Positions 30,994 through 40,019 of a stretch of 64,000 bases of DNA are shown piece after piece. Positions within the stretch are counted from its first letter, which is position 1, and the number at the start of each line of letters is the position of its first letter. Location: assembly GCF_028368995.1 (NCBI RefSeq), contig NZ_JAQNDL010000003.1, forward strand, positions 448,001 through 512,000, read 5' to 3'. This DNA comes from Nannocystis bainbridge. Its GTDB lineage: Bacteria; Myxococcota_A; Polyangia; Nannocystales; Nannocystaceae. The position numbers and the translations under genes were made by a program. The notes under the pieces are model-generated. The model worked only from the letters and a program-made list of their open reading frames with translations. It was not told the origin of the DNA and searched no databases.

Positions 30994-31096
30994 GAAGTTC
31001 TTCCTCGGTATCGTTCGAGCTGCGTTCCGCCTCGCCCGCGTGCTCCGCGGCCGCCTGGCGCCTCCATCCGCGCCGACCTCCTGCACCCGCTTCCTC

Positions 31097-31191
31097 GCTC
31101 CTCACCCCGGGCCGTTCGGCGTCCTCCTGCGCACAGCCTGCGCTCGCTCCCCCGCTCCTCACCCGGGCCGTTCGCCGTCCTCCTGCGCACC
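31097..31191. repeat. Imperfect ~57-bp direct repeat in a pyrimidine-rich intergenic region
   Basis: cgctcctcacc(c)cgggccgttcg(g/c)cgtcctcctgcgcac occurs twice. Confidence 0.7.
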
Positions 31192-31583
31192 TCCGCCGTC
31201 CGCGCCCGCTTCGTCGATCTTCACCCTCGTGCCCTTCGCCTTTCGTCGCCCTGCTCTCACCCACGTGCCGCTCGCCTGCGTCGGTGGCATCCTCGCCTGA
31301 CCTTGCGCGGCCTCTCCCTCTCGCTGCCCGCCGCGATCGGCTTCATCGCCCGCCGCGGGACCCCCGTGGTCCGCGGCCTGCCATCACCCTTCGACCGGCA
31401 GCTCGCGCAGCGCCGAAGCCCGCCTCGCGCTGACGGCTCGCGCCTGCGCCCGCTGCTCGCCTCGATCGCCGCTCTCGGCTCGGTGCCGGGCGAGCTCGCC
31501 TCCCGCACCGGCACCCAGCCCCCGCGATCACTCGCCATCCCCGCCTCCTCGGCTCTGCGGTCGCCCTTCGGTCGGAGGCGCGC

Positions 31584-32264
31584 ATGAGGATCCTCGTGGT
31601 CGAGGACGACGAGCGGCTGCTGCAGCTGCTCCAGCGCGGCCTCGGCGAGGAGGGCCACCTCGTCGACGCATGCACCACCAGCGCCGACGCTCTCGGCCAG
31701 GCGCAGACCATCGCCTACGACGTCGTCCTGCTCGACTGGATGCTGCCCGACGGCGACGGCCTCTCGCTCTTGCGCGCCTGGCGGGCCCGCGGCGTCGACA
31801 CCCCCGTCCTCATGTTGACCGCCCGCGGCAGCGTCGGCGAGCGCGTGCTCGGCCTGCGCACCGGCGCCGACGACTACCTCGTCAAGCCGTTCGACTTCAG
31901 CGAGCTGTTGGCTCGCATCGAGGTGCTCGCGCGTCGGCGCGGCGGCGACGTCGTCCACCTCCGCGCCGGCGACGTCGGCCTCGACACCCGCCAGCGCGCC
32001 CTCGTCCGCGGCGGCCGCGAGATCGCCCTCACCGCCCGCGAGTTCGCCCTGTGCAACCTCCTGTTCCGCCGCGTCGGCGAGGTCCTCACCCGCAGCGAGC
32101 TGCTCGCTGCCGTGTGGGGCCCGAGCTTCGACGGCGAGCCCAACGTCCTCGACGTCTACGTCGGCTACCTGCGCACCAAGCTGGCCCAGCTCGGCGACGA
32201 TGCCCCCACCATCCGCGCCCAGCGCGGCGTCGGCTTCCGCCTGCTCCCCGGGGGCGAGCGATGA
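31584..32264 (+). CDS. OmpR family response regulator
   Basis: MRILVVEDD, LLDWMLP, GADDYLVKPF, NVLDVYVGYLRTKL, RGVGF. Confidence 0.95.
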   Translation: MRILVVEDDERLLQLLQRGLGEEGHLVDACTTSADALGQAQTIAYDVVLLDWMLPDGDGLSLLRAWRARGVDTPVLMLTARGSVGERVLGLRTGADDYLVKPFDFSELLARIEVLARRRGGDVVHLRAGDVGLDTRQRALVRGGREIALTAREFALCNLLFRRVGEVLTRSELLAAVWGPSFDGEPNVLDVYVGYLRTKLAQLGDDAPTIRAQRGVGFRLLPGGER

Positions 32265-32273
32265 TCGCCTCAG

Positions 32274-32348
32274 GACATGTCCTCGAGGGCATGCCCCATC
32301 GGCCATGTCCCTTGCGACATTCCCCGAAAGACATGCCCCCGAGGACAG
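32274..32348. repeat. TGTC-N6-GACA array with six phased cores between regulator and kinase
   Basis: Cores 32276, 32290, 32304, 32318, 32332, 32346. Confidence 0.9.
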
Positions 32349-32388
32349 CTATCATCCCCCTCGCCGCTCCCGCCCCGCGAGGCCGCCG

Positions 32389-33750
32389 ATGACCCTGCGC
32401 CGCCGGCTGCTCCTGTTCGGCGCCGTCCTCCCGGCCGCGCTGCTCGCCCTCGCCCTCTTCCTCATCGGCCTCGTGCTCGACCACCTCCTGCTCGAGTCGG
32501 TCGATCGCGGCCTCACCTTGCAGGCCGCCAGCGAGTCCGTCAGCCTGTTCGATCGGCCAGGTCAGGACGCCCACCTCCACTTCGGCGACTCCCCGCTGGT
32601 CGCCGACCTGCAGCGCCTGCACCACCAGGGCGCCCTCTACGGCCCCGGCGGCGCCCGCCTGCTCGCCTACCCCGCCGACACCTACGCCCCCGCTGCCCTC
32701 ACCGCCGCCGACGTCGCCCGCGCCCCCGCCTTGCAGACGCGCGTGCTCGCCAGCGGCGAGCGCGTCCGCGAGCTCTCGCTCGCCATCGACTCCCCGCGCG
32801 GCGAACCGCACGCGCTGTGGCTCGCCGTCTCGCTCGCCGCCAACGACGCCGCCCTCACCGCCTACGCCCGCGCCGCCGCCCTCATCGGCGCCGCCGTCAC
32901 CCTGCTCATGCTCCTGCTGCAGGTCGCCCACGCCCGCGGCCTCGTCCACCGCGTGCAGCAGCTCCACGCCCACATGCAGCGCCTGCAGGAGGGCGACTTC
33001 TCGACCTTGCCGCCCGCCGATCCTGGCACCGACGTCATCGCCAGCCTGCGCCACGCCATCGCCGACGCCACTGACAAGCTGCGCACCGCCTCCGAGCTGC
33101 AGCACCGCCTCGTCGCCGACGCTGCCCACGAGCTGCGGACCCCGCTGACCGCCATGCGCATGGAGATCGACGTCACCCTGCGGCGCGAGCGGTCGCCCGA
33201 AGAGCTCGTCGACGCGCTCGCCCGCGTGCGCACCGAGGTCGACCGCCTCGGCGAGCTCGCCAGCAAGCTGCTGGCCATGGCCAGCCTGCGCCGGTCCGAG
33301 TGGGAGCGCGTCCCCCTCGACGCCGTCGCCAGCGTGCGCGACGCCCTCGCCAGCCACCGCGCCGTCGCCGAGCGCCGCGCCATCGCCCTCCACCTCCACG
33401 CCCCCGACGCTGCGCCGATCCGCGCCAACCCGGGCCCCCTGCGTCAGGCCGTCGACAACCTGCTCGCCAACGCCATCAAGTTCGCCCCGCCCGGCAGCGC
33501 CGTCGACATCACCGTGCGCGACGACGACACCGCGCTCGAGATCCTCGTCGAGGACCGCGGCCCCGGCGTCCCGCTCGAGCACCGCGAGACCATCTTCACC
33601 CCCTTCCGCCGCCTCCACCGCGGCGTCGACGGGGCAGGCCTCGGCCTCGCCATCGTCCGCGAGGTCGCCGAGGCCCACGGCGGCCGCGCCTGGGTCAGCG
33701 AGCGCCCCGGCGGCGGCGCCTGCTTCCACCTCGTCATCGCCCGCGCGTGA
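32389..33750 (+). CDS. Sensor histidine kinase (HAMP, HisKA, HATPase)
   Basis: Two TM segments, DAAHELRTPL, NLLANAIKF, DRGPG, GAGLGLAIV. Confidence 0.93.
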   Translation: MTLRRRLLLFGAVLPAALLALALFLIGLVLDHLLLESVDRGLTLQAASESVSLFDRPGQDAHLHFGDSPLVADLQRLHHQGALYGPGGARLLAYPADTYAPAALTAADVARAPALQTRVLASGERVRELSLAIDSPRGEPHALWLAVSLAANDAALTAYARAAALIGAAVTLLMLLLQVAHARGLVHRVQQLHAHMQRLQEGDFSTLPPADPGTDVIASLRHAIADATDKLRTASELQHRLVADAAHELRTPLTAMRMEIDVTLRRERSPEELVDALARVRTEVDRLGELASKLLAMASLRRSEWERVPLDAVASVRDALASHRAVAERRAIALHLHAPDAAPIRANPGPLRQAVDNLLANAIKFAPPGSAVDITVRDDDTALEILVEDRGPGVPLEHRETIFTPFRRLHRGVDGAGLGLAIVREVAEAHGGRAWVSERPGGGACFHLVIARA

Positions 33751-33766
33751 GCAGCCCGCGCTCCGG

Positions 33767-33898
33767 GACATGTCCACAAGGACATGCCCCATGGAACACT
33801 GTCTTCAAGACATGTTCACAAGGACAGTGCGCCAGACCGGCTGACGCGGAGCTCGAGCAGTCGGGTTGCGACCTCATGGAATATGTCCCCCCGGACAG
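33767..33898. repeat. TGTC-N6-GACA arrays between convergent genes
   Basis: Cores 33769/33783/33797/33811/33825 and 33882/33896. Confidence 0.85.
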
Positions 33899-33972
33899 CT
33901 CGTCCTCCACGTCCGCACGGCGACGTCCGAGCCAGGCGTCCGCGACCGCTGGCCCCCGAGGGGGTCGCGCGT

Positions 33973-34326
33973 TCACCCTTCTGGCGCGACCGTCAGCTCG
34001 GTCTGCAGTTCGACATCCGCGAAGGAGCGGATCGTGATCACGCGACAGGCCCGCACGACCCCGCGCAGGCGGCGGACCTCGCGAGACTCGCTCGACAGCC
34101 CCTCGCTGACATCGAACGGCTCCTTGGGGCGCTTGAAGCCGGGCGTGATGAGCAGTCGATCGGACAGGTACACGATCCCGGTGTCGAGATCGGTGATGAC
34201 CGGCTCATGCGGCCGGTCCTGGCGGCTCTCACCGAACAGCCCGCCGGTCACGCGCTGGTACCACACCACCTCCACGCGATGCCCGACGGGAACCGCCGCC
34301 TGGTAGATGACCACGATCTTCTGCAT
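33973..34326 (-). CDS. Hypothetical protein
   Basis: MQKIVVIYQAAVPVGHRVEVVWY...; protein-like composition, TACCAT 7 nt upstream of the ATG. Confidence 0.65.
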   Translation of the reverse strand: MQKIVVIYQAAVPVGHRVEVVWYQRVTGGLFGESRQDRPHEPVITDLDTGIVYLSDRLLITPGFKRPKEPFDVSEGLSSESREVRRLRGVVRACRVITIRSFADVELQTELTVAPEG

Positions 34327-34676
34327 GCCGCGGATGGTAGCCCGCCGACCCTCGCGCATGCACGCCCCGAGAGTGACGCCCGCGCAAGACTCACGACCAC
34401 GAGCATGCCCGATGCTCGATCGCGCCTTTGTTTCGAGCGCTCGCCGCGAGTCGAGCGTCGCTCGATCGTGCCCTTGCTTCGAACGCTCGCCGCGAATCAC
34501 GCGTCGCGCTCACTCGCTCCGAGCGACCGCCGCGAGACCTCGGCGCGGCGTGCCCCTCACCGCCTCGCTCTGCGCTTCGGAGCAGCAGCGACCCGCTTCG
34601 AACCGCCCTCTCGCGCTCGTCCATGCGACCCGCACTTTTCGCTTCGCGTGACGCCTCGAGCGCTCCCCTCACCGCC

Positions 34677-37022
34677 TCAACCGTCCGCCCGCGGCGTCTC
34701 GTCGAGCAGCCGCAGCGACCGGTCGGCGCACAGCTCGAAGCGCGGCCATCGCTCGGGCGTCTCGGCCCACAACGCTTCGCCTTCACGGTCGACGAATTCG
34801 CCGCGCAGGAACTCGATCATCGCGAACGCTCCCCACAGCCGCCGCACCCGCCCCGAACCCCACGCCGCGAGCTTCTGCGCCCGCGCGCTCGGCCGCGGCC
34901 ACCCACGTACCTCGACCTGGCTCGCCAGCATGCGAAACTTCTGTGCCTGATGGGCCAGCCGCTCCGGCCGCAGCACCGCCTCCAAAAAAGCACCCGAGCG
35001 CAGGCTCATGCGCGGCAGCCACTGCGCCGCCGTCGCGGGCTCGCGCATCAGCGAGTCATACGCCGCGCGCCCCTCCGCGATCACGTGCCGCACCAGCAGG
35101 TTCAGGTGTTGATGCGTCTCGACGTCGAGCGGCGCCGCCCGCAGCCCCAGGATCGCCCGCAGGCCCCCCGCCACGAACAGCCGCTCGCAGCGGGCCATCC
35201 CCAGCAGCGCGTAGCGGCCGATCAGCCGCTCGAAGCGATCGCGCTGCCCCGCGCTCCAGCGCTCGCGCACCTGCCTCGTCAGCCCTGGCAGCTGCGACCA
35301 GTCCTTGCGATCGGTCGCCGCGAACATCGGCACGAACTCGTCCCACAGCGCGCCCACGTCGTCCGCCGTCAGCTCCGGCGCATGCGAGCACACCAGCGCG
35401 TGCGGGTCCTCGCCGGCCGCCGCGCGGCGCAGCAGCGGCCCCACACGCGAGCGGCGGATCCACGTCCAGTCCTCCGGCGCCCATAGCTCCGGCGGCGGCG
35501 GCCTGCCATCGAGCCACTCGTCGTCCACGCGCGCGCGCGGCAGGTGCGGCCCGACCAGCGTCCTTCGCCACCACGCCCCGCTCGCGCGCTGCTCCGCCGG
35601 CGTCGTCGGCTCCAGCATGTACATGCGCACCCGCGCCGCTCGCGGCGCCCCGCGCTCGCGCGGCAGCGAATCGCCGAAGCACAGCGGCGAGCGCAGCTGC
35701 CCCGCCAGCACCCGCCGCATCAATCGCCCCGCCCCCGAGCAGCGCGCATGCCCGTACGGATCCCAGCGCCCCGTCAAGTTGCGCAGCACGCTGGCCTCGT
35801 GGAACCCCGTCGCCTCGTACACGATCGCGTGGTCGAAGCGCGGGTGATGCGGCGCCACCCACCGAGGCGGCGAGCGCTCGGTCGTCGGCCACCAGCGCGG
35901 CGTCAGCGTGTGCCACTCGACCTCGTCCCACGTCACCTCGAGCGCGGGGCTCATCTTGATCGCCGGCGCCGAGCGGGGCGGAAACACCCCGTACGCGTGC
36001 AGCCACCGCAGCGGCTGCAGCCCCCGGAACACCACGATCGGCCAGCGCAACGCCGCCGGCACCGCCCGCTCCCACCACGGCCACAGCGTCCACGTGAACG
36101 ACGCCCACGTGTTCAGCGGCAGGCACAGCAGCGCCCCGAACGTATGCACCACGATGAGCCCCTGCAGCGCCAGCGTCGACGCCGGCAGCCCCGGCGCGAA
36201 CAGCTGCAGCGGCGCCGAAGCCGTCGCGCTGTCGAAGCACACCCCGCACAGCGCGATCGTCAGCAGGTTGAAGAACCCGTAGTTGCCGGTCGCCGCGATC
36301 GCCAGCATCAGCCCCGCCGTCGCCAGCGCGAACACCACGCTGGCCGGCCCCGGCACGAACACCGCGAACGGCAGCACCACCTCGATCGCAAACAGCAGCA
36401 CCAGCGCGCCCTTGTGCACCCACATCGGCGCGCGGTGGACCAGCCACCCGAGCGGCGTCGGCAGCGGCTGGCGGATCACGAACCCGTGGAGGAATCCCGC
36501 GTCGGCCGGCGTCGAGCCGGCGAACTTTTGCTTGCCGAACCCGAACATCACCCGGAACAGCAGCAGCCGGAACAGCCACGCCAGCGCCGGCGTCGGCGCC
36601 CCGCTGGCCGCGACCTCGGGGGCCCATGCCAGCGCCGGCAGGAACATGGCCCAAAAGCCAGCTTCGAGCAGCAGGCTGTCCCACGGGTACACCAGCACCA
36701 CCGCCCGATCGAGCGACAGATAGAGCGCCCAGCAGGCCAGGAACGCCAGCGGCGTGTGCGGCCCGCCGACGACGATCGTCAGCGCCGCAGCCAGCCCCAG
36801 CCACGGCAGCGCGCGCAGCCAGCGATCGCCGGCGTGCAGCCACAGCAACCCCGGAAAATACAGCCAGCGGCGCGGCGCCGCGAAGTCGCGCCGGATCGCC
36901 GCCATCAGCTCCGCCACCGGCGCCACCCCCTCGCGCCCCGCGAGCGGCACGACCTGGAACGTCAGCGAAGCGAACGCGATCGCGTACACCACCCCGATCC
37001 CGCGCGCCACGAGCCCCCACAC
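34677..37022 (-). CDS. Lipase maturation factor (LMF) family membrane protein
   Basis: YPWDSLLLEAGF, LLFRVMFGFG, QPLPTP, TGNYGFFNLLT, VAPHHPRFD. Start uncertain. Confidence 0.88.
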   Translation of the reverse strand: MWGLVARGIGVVYAIAFASLTFQVVPLAGREGVAPVAELMAAIRRDFAAPRRWLYFPGLLWLHAGDRWLRALPWLGLAAALTIVVGGPHTPLAFLACWALYLSLDRAVVLVYPWDSLLLEAGFWAMFLPALAWAPEVAASGAPTPALAWLFRLLLFRVMFGFGKQKFAGSTPADAGFLHGFVIRQPLPTPLGWLVHRAPMWVHKGALVLLFAIEVVLPFAVFVPGPASVVFALATAGLMLAIAATGNYGFFNLLTIALCGVCFDSATASAPLQLFAPGLPASTLALQGLIVVHTFGALLCLPLNTWASFTWTLWPWWERAVPAALRWPIVVFRGLQPLRWLHAYGVFPPRSAPAIKMSPALEVTWDEVEWHTLTPRWWPTTERSPPRWVAPHHPRFDHAIVYEATGFHEASVLRNLTGRWDPYGHARCSGAGRLMRRVLAGQLRSPLCFGDSLPRERGAPRAARVRMYMLEPTTPAEQRASGAWWRRTLVGPHLPRARVDDEWLDGRPPPPELWAPEDWTWIRRSRVGPLLRRAAAGEDPHALVCSHAPELTADDVGALWDEFVPMFAATDRKDWSQLPGLTRQVRERWSAGQRDRFERLIGRYALLGMARCERLFVAGGLRAILGLRAAPLDVETHQHLNLLVRHVIAEGRAAYDSLMREPATAAQWLPRMSLRSGAFLEAVLRPERLAHQAQKFRMLASQVEVRGWPRPSARAQKLAAWGSGRVRRLWGAFAMIEFLRGEFVDREGEALWAETPERWPRFELCADRSLRLLDETPRADG

Positions 37023-37139
37023 CAGCTCCGGCGACGCGTGAGCGAGTTGGTCGAGGACCTCGATGCCGGCAGGCTCGCACGGACCCCGCCCACGAGCAAG
37101 CCGGCCATGAGCCCGCCGCCCGGCGCTTCACGACGCCTA

Positions 37140-37232
37140 AAACCTGTCCTCAAGGACATCTTCTAAAGTAGAACTCGCGAGAGCAGCCTGGCCCCGACCT
37201 CGCCGCCTCCGAAACCTGTCCTCAAGGACATC
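37140..37232. repeat. Two identical boxes aaacctgtcctcaaggacatct
   Basis: Copies at ~37140-37161 and ~37212-37233, each containing TGTCC-tcaa-GGACA. Confidence 0.85.
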
Positions 37233-37307
37233 TCCGTGCCCGCGATGAGCAGGCCGACTCGACCTCGCCGTCTCCCGGACCCCACCTTCACCTGCGATCC
37301 GCCCGCA

Positions 37308-37865
37308 TCACCGCGGAGCGAGACCCAGCGCCTCGGCGATTCGCGTCAGCTCGGCCTGCACCTCCGCCGACGGATCGCCCTCGGCCAGCCACGCCGACAG
37401 CTCCGCGCGCGCCGCCGGCCCGTCCAGCAGCTCGAGCGCGTCGGCCAACGACATCCGCAGCTCCGCATCGGCGTGGCGTCGCGTCACGCGCTGCAGCAGC
37501 GGCTCCGTCACCGCCTGCACCCCGGTATCGCCGAGTGCGTCGATCGCCTCGGCCGGCCCGTCGGCGTCCATGCAGGCCAGCAGCTCGCGCGCGACCGGCT
37601 CCGGGCGTTGCTTCGCCAGGTACTGCAGCAGCATCGCCGCGTCGTTGCCCACGAACCCGTCGAACAGCGACCGACTGCCGCGCAGGTGCCGGATCAGCGT
37701 CACCAGCAGCGGCACCGCCGTCTCGTCCATGCGCGCCGCCAGGGCCGAGTACTGCGCCTCACACTCCGCCAGGCTCGACGGCAGGTCCGCGAACGGCCCG
37801 TGCATCGAGGCCAGCTCCTGGTAGAGCTGTTCCACATCGCGGAAGTGCAGCGGCGTCGCGGTCAT
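37308..37865 (-). CDS. Hypothetical helical (HEAT-like) protein
   Basis: AIDALGDTG and LRMSLADALELL; high GC3. Confidence 0.65.
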   Translation of the reverse strand: MTATPLHFRDVEQLYQELASMHGPFADLPSSLAECEAQYSALAARMDETAVPLLVTLIRHLRGSRSLFDGFVGNDAAMLLQYLAKQRPEPVARELLACMDADGPAEAIDALGDTGVQAVTEPLLQRVTRRHADAELRMSLADALELLDGPAARAELSAWLAEGDPSAEVQAELTRIAEALGLAPR

Positions 37866-37985
37866 CGCGCGAGCTTGCCACGGCCGCCGCAAAACGGCCA
37901 AGCCTCCCCGAGACATGTCCCCGGGGACAGGCCCTTTCATGCGCAGCGCGAGCCTCGGCCCGCGCTGTCCTCTATACTCTCGCCG

Positions 37986-39596
37986 ATGCCGAGCGACCTC
38001 GAGCGCGTCCTCGCCTACCACGAGCGCACCGCCCACCGGCCTGGTCGTTACGCCGCCTCGCTCGGCTACCTCGACTGGGCCACCCAGCCCAACCCCTTCC
38101 GCCTCTACGACGGCGCCGAGCGTCACCCGCTCCCGCGCGCCCATCCACATGTCTCCGAGGACAGCCCGACCTGGGCCGACCTGTTCCGCGGCCCCGTGCG
38201 CCCCCCCGCCGCGCTCGACCTCGACCTGCTCGGCTCGCTGTCCTTCCACGCCTTCGCCCTCGCCGCCTGGAAGCAGGCCGGCAGCTCGCGCTGGTCCCTG
38301 CGCGTCAACCCCTCGAGCGGCAACCTCCACCCGACCGAGGTCTACCTGCTCGCTGGCCCGCTCGTCGGCCTGTCCGATCGGCCAGGTCTCTACCACTACA
38401 CCCCCCTGCTCCACGCCCTCGAGCGCCGCGCCGCCCTCGATCCCGACGCATGGCGAGCCCTCGAATTCCCCGGCGTCCTCGTCGGCCTGTCGTCGATCGC
38501 CTGGCGCGAGGCCTGGAAGTACGGCGAGCGGGCCTTCCGCTACTGCAACCACGACGTCGGCCACGCCATCGCCGCGCTCGCCTTCGCCGCCGCGCTCCAC
38601 GGCTGGCGCGCCGTGCTCGTCGATCCGCTGGCCGACGATCGCCTCGCCGCCGTGCTCGGCCTCGCCGACCTCGGCGAAGGCGACGAGGCCGAGCACCCCG
38701 ACTGCCTGCTCGCCCTCCTGCCCGCCGACATCCCGCTGACCCTCGACCCCGCCGCCGTCCTCGACCTCACCCCGGCCGCGCTCACGGGCGTCCCCAACCA
38801 GCTCAGCGAGGGTCACCACGAGTGGCCGATCCTCGCGGAGATCGCCGCCGCCACGACCCACCCCGCCGCCACCCCGCGCCCGTGGCCGCCCCCGCCGCGT
38901 CCCCGCGCGTGCGACCTCGAGGTCCCGGCCGCGCCGTTGATCCGCCGCCGCCGCAGCGCCGTCGCCATGGACGGCCGCACCGGCCTCACCGCGGCTGGCT
39001 TTTACGACATGCTCTTGCGGACATTGCCCGAAGGACAGCCGTTCGCCGCGCTCCCGTGGCGCCCGGCGGTCGACCTGGCGCTGATGGTCCACCGCGTCGC
39101 GGACGTCGAGCCCGGCCTCTACCTGCTCGTCCGCGAGCCCGCCCGCGCCGACCGCTGGCGCGCCGCCCTGCCCGACGCCACGTGGCAGGCCCCGCCCGGG
39201 TGCCCGCCCGAGCTGCCGCTCGTCAGCGTGCGCGCCGGCGACGTCCGCCGCCCCGCCGCCCTCGTCAGCTGCGCCCAGGACATCGCCGCCGACGGGGCCT
39301 TCGCCGCCGCCATGTTCGTCGACCTGCGCGCCGAGCTCGAGCGCGAGGGCCCGGCCCACTACCGGCGCCTGTTCTGGGAGACCGGCGCGATAGGTCAGCT
39401 GCTCTACCTCGAAGCCGAGGCCCTCGGCATCGCCGCCACCGGCATCGGCTGCTTCTTCGACGCGCCCACCCGCGACCTGCTCGGCCTGCCTGAAGCCGAC
39501 GGCCTGCGCAGCCTCTACCACTTCACCGTCGGCGGCCGCGTCGAAGACGACCGCCTGCGCACCCACGACGCCTACCACCACCTCGAGCGATCGTGA
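37986..39596 (+). CDS. SagB/ThcOx-like double nitroreductase-domain protein
   Basis: YHERT, LDWATQPNPFR, LRVNPSSGNLHPTE, WKYGERAFRY, RRRSA, ATGIGCFFD. Confidence 0.9.
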   Translation: MPSDLERVLAYHERTAHRPGRYAASLGYLDWATQPNPFRLYDGAERHPLPRAHPHVSEDSPTWADLFRGPVRPPAALDLDLLGSLSFHAFALAAWKQAGSSRWSLRVNPSSGNLHPTEVYLLAGPLVGLSDRPGLYHYTPLLHALERRAALDPDAWRALEFPGVLVGLSSIAWREAWKYGERAFRYCNHDVGHAIAALAFAAALHGWRAVLVDPLADDRLAAVLGLADLGEGDEAEHPDCLLALLPADIPLTLDPAAVLDLTPAALTGVPNQLSEGHHEWPILAEIAAATTHPAATPRPWPPPPRPRACDLEVPAAPLIRRRRSAVAMDGRTGLTAAGFYDMLLRTLPEGQPFAALPWRPAVDLALMVHRVADVEPGLYLLVREPARADRWRAALPDATWQAPPGCPPELPLVSVRAGDVRRPAALVSCAQDIAADGAFAAAMFVDLRAELEREGPAHYRRLFWETGAIGQLLYLEAEALGIAATGIGCFFDAPTRDLLGLPEADGLRSLYHFTVGGRVEDDRLRTHDAYHHLERS

Positions 39597-39614
39597 GCGA
39601 CGCCCACGACCCCG

Positions 39615-39730
39615 CCACCCTCGACGCCTATCACTGCCGTGAGCGCCCGTGAGCTCGGCGTCGCGCCGGACGATGCCCGGCGCACCCCGACGCCCATCAC
39701 TGCCTCGAGCGCCTGTGAGCTCGGCGGCCG
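39615..39730. repeat. Imperfect direct repeat, ~66-bp period
   Basis: cgacgcc(t/c)atcactgcc..gagcgcc(c/t)gtgagctcggcg occurs twice. Confidence 0.65.
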
Positions 39731-40019
39731 CATCGACGACTCCGCCTGCGCACCCTCGACGTACCGCCGCGCCGACGCCCCGCTTCATACCTTTGACGCC
39801 TGACCATGGCCGCGAACGCCGGCGCCGACGACCACGCCGGCGTCCCCTCGACGCCCGCCAGCGCCTCGAGGGTCTTTCAGCTCGGCGGCCACGCCGATGT
39901 CACCGCCGCTCACCGCGAGCACCCGTAGAGCGCGGCCGCGTCGACGAGACCTACCAGCGCGCAGGCCCTCGATGCCCGCCGCTGCCGCGAGCGCCCCCGC
40001 GCCGGCGGTTCCGGGCCCA

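Noticed and set aside
37986-39596. SagB-like gene as part of a RiPP (azole) cluster
   Set aside because: No YcaO, precursor peptide or transporter adjacent; stand-alone members of this family are common.
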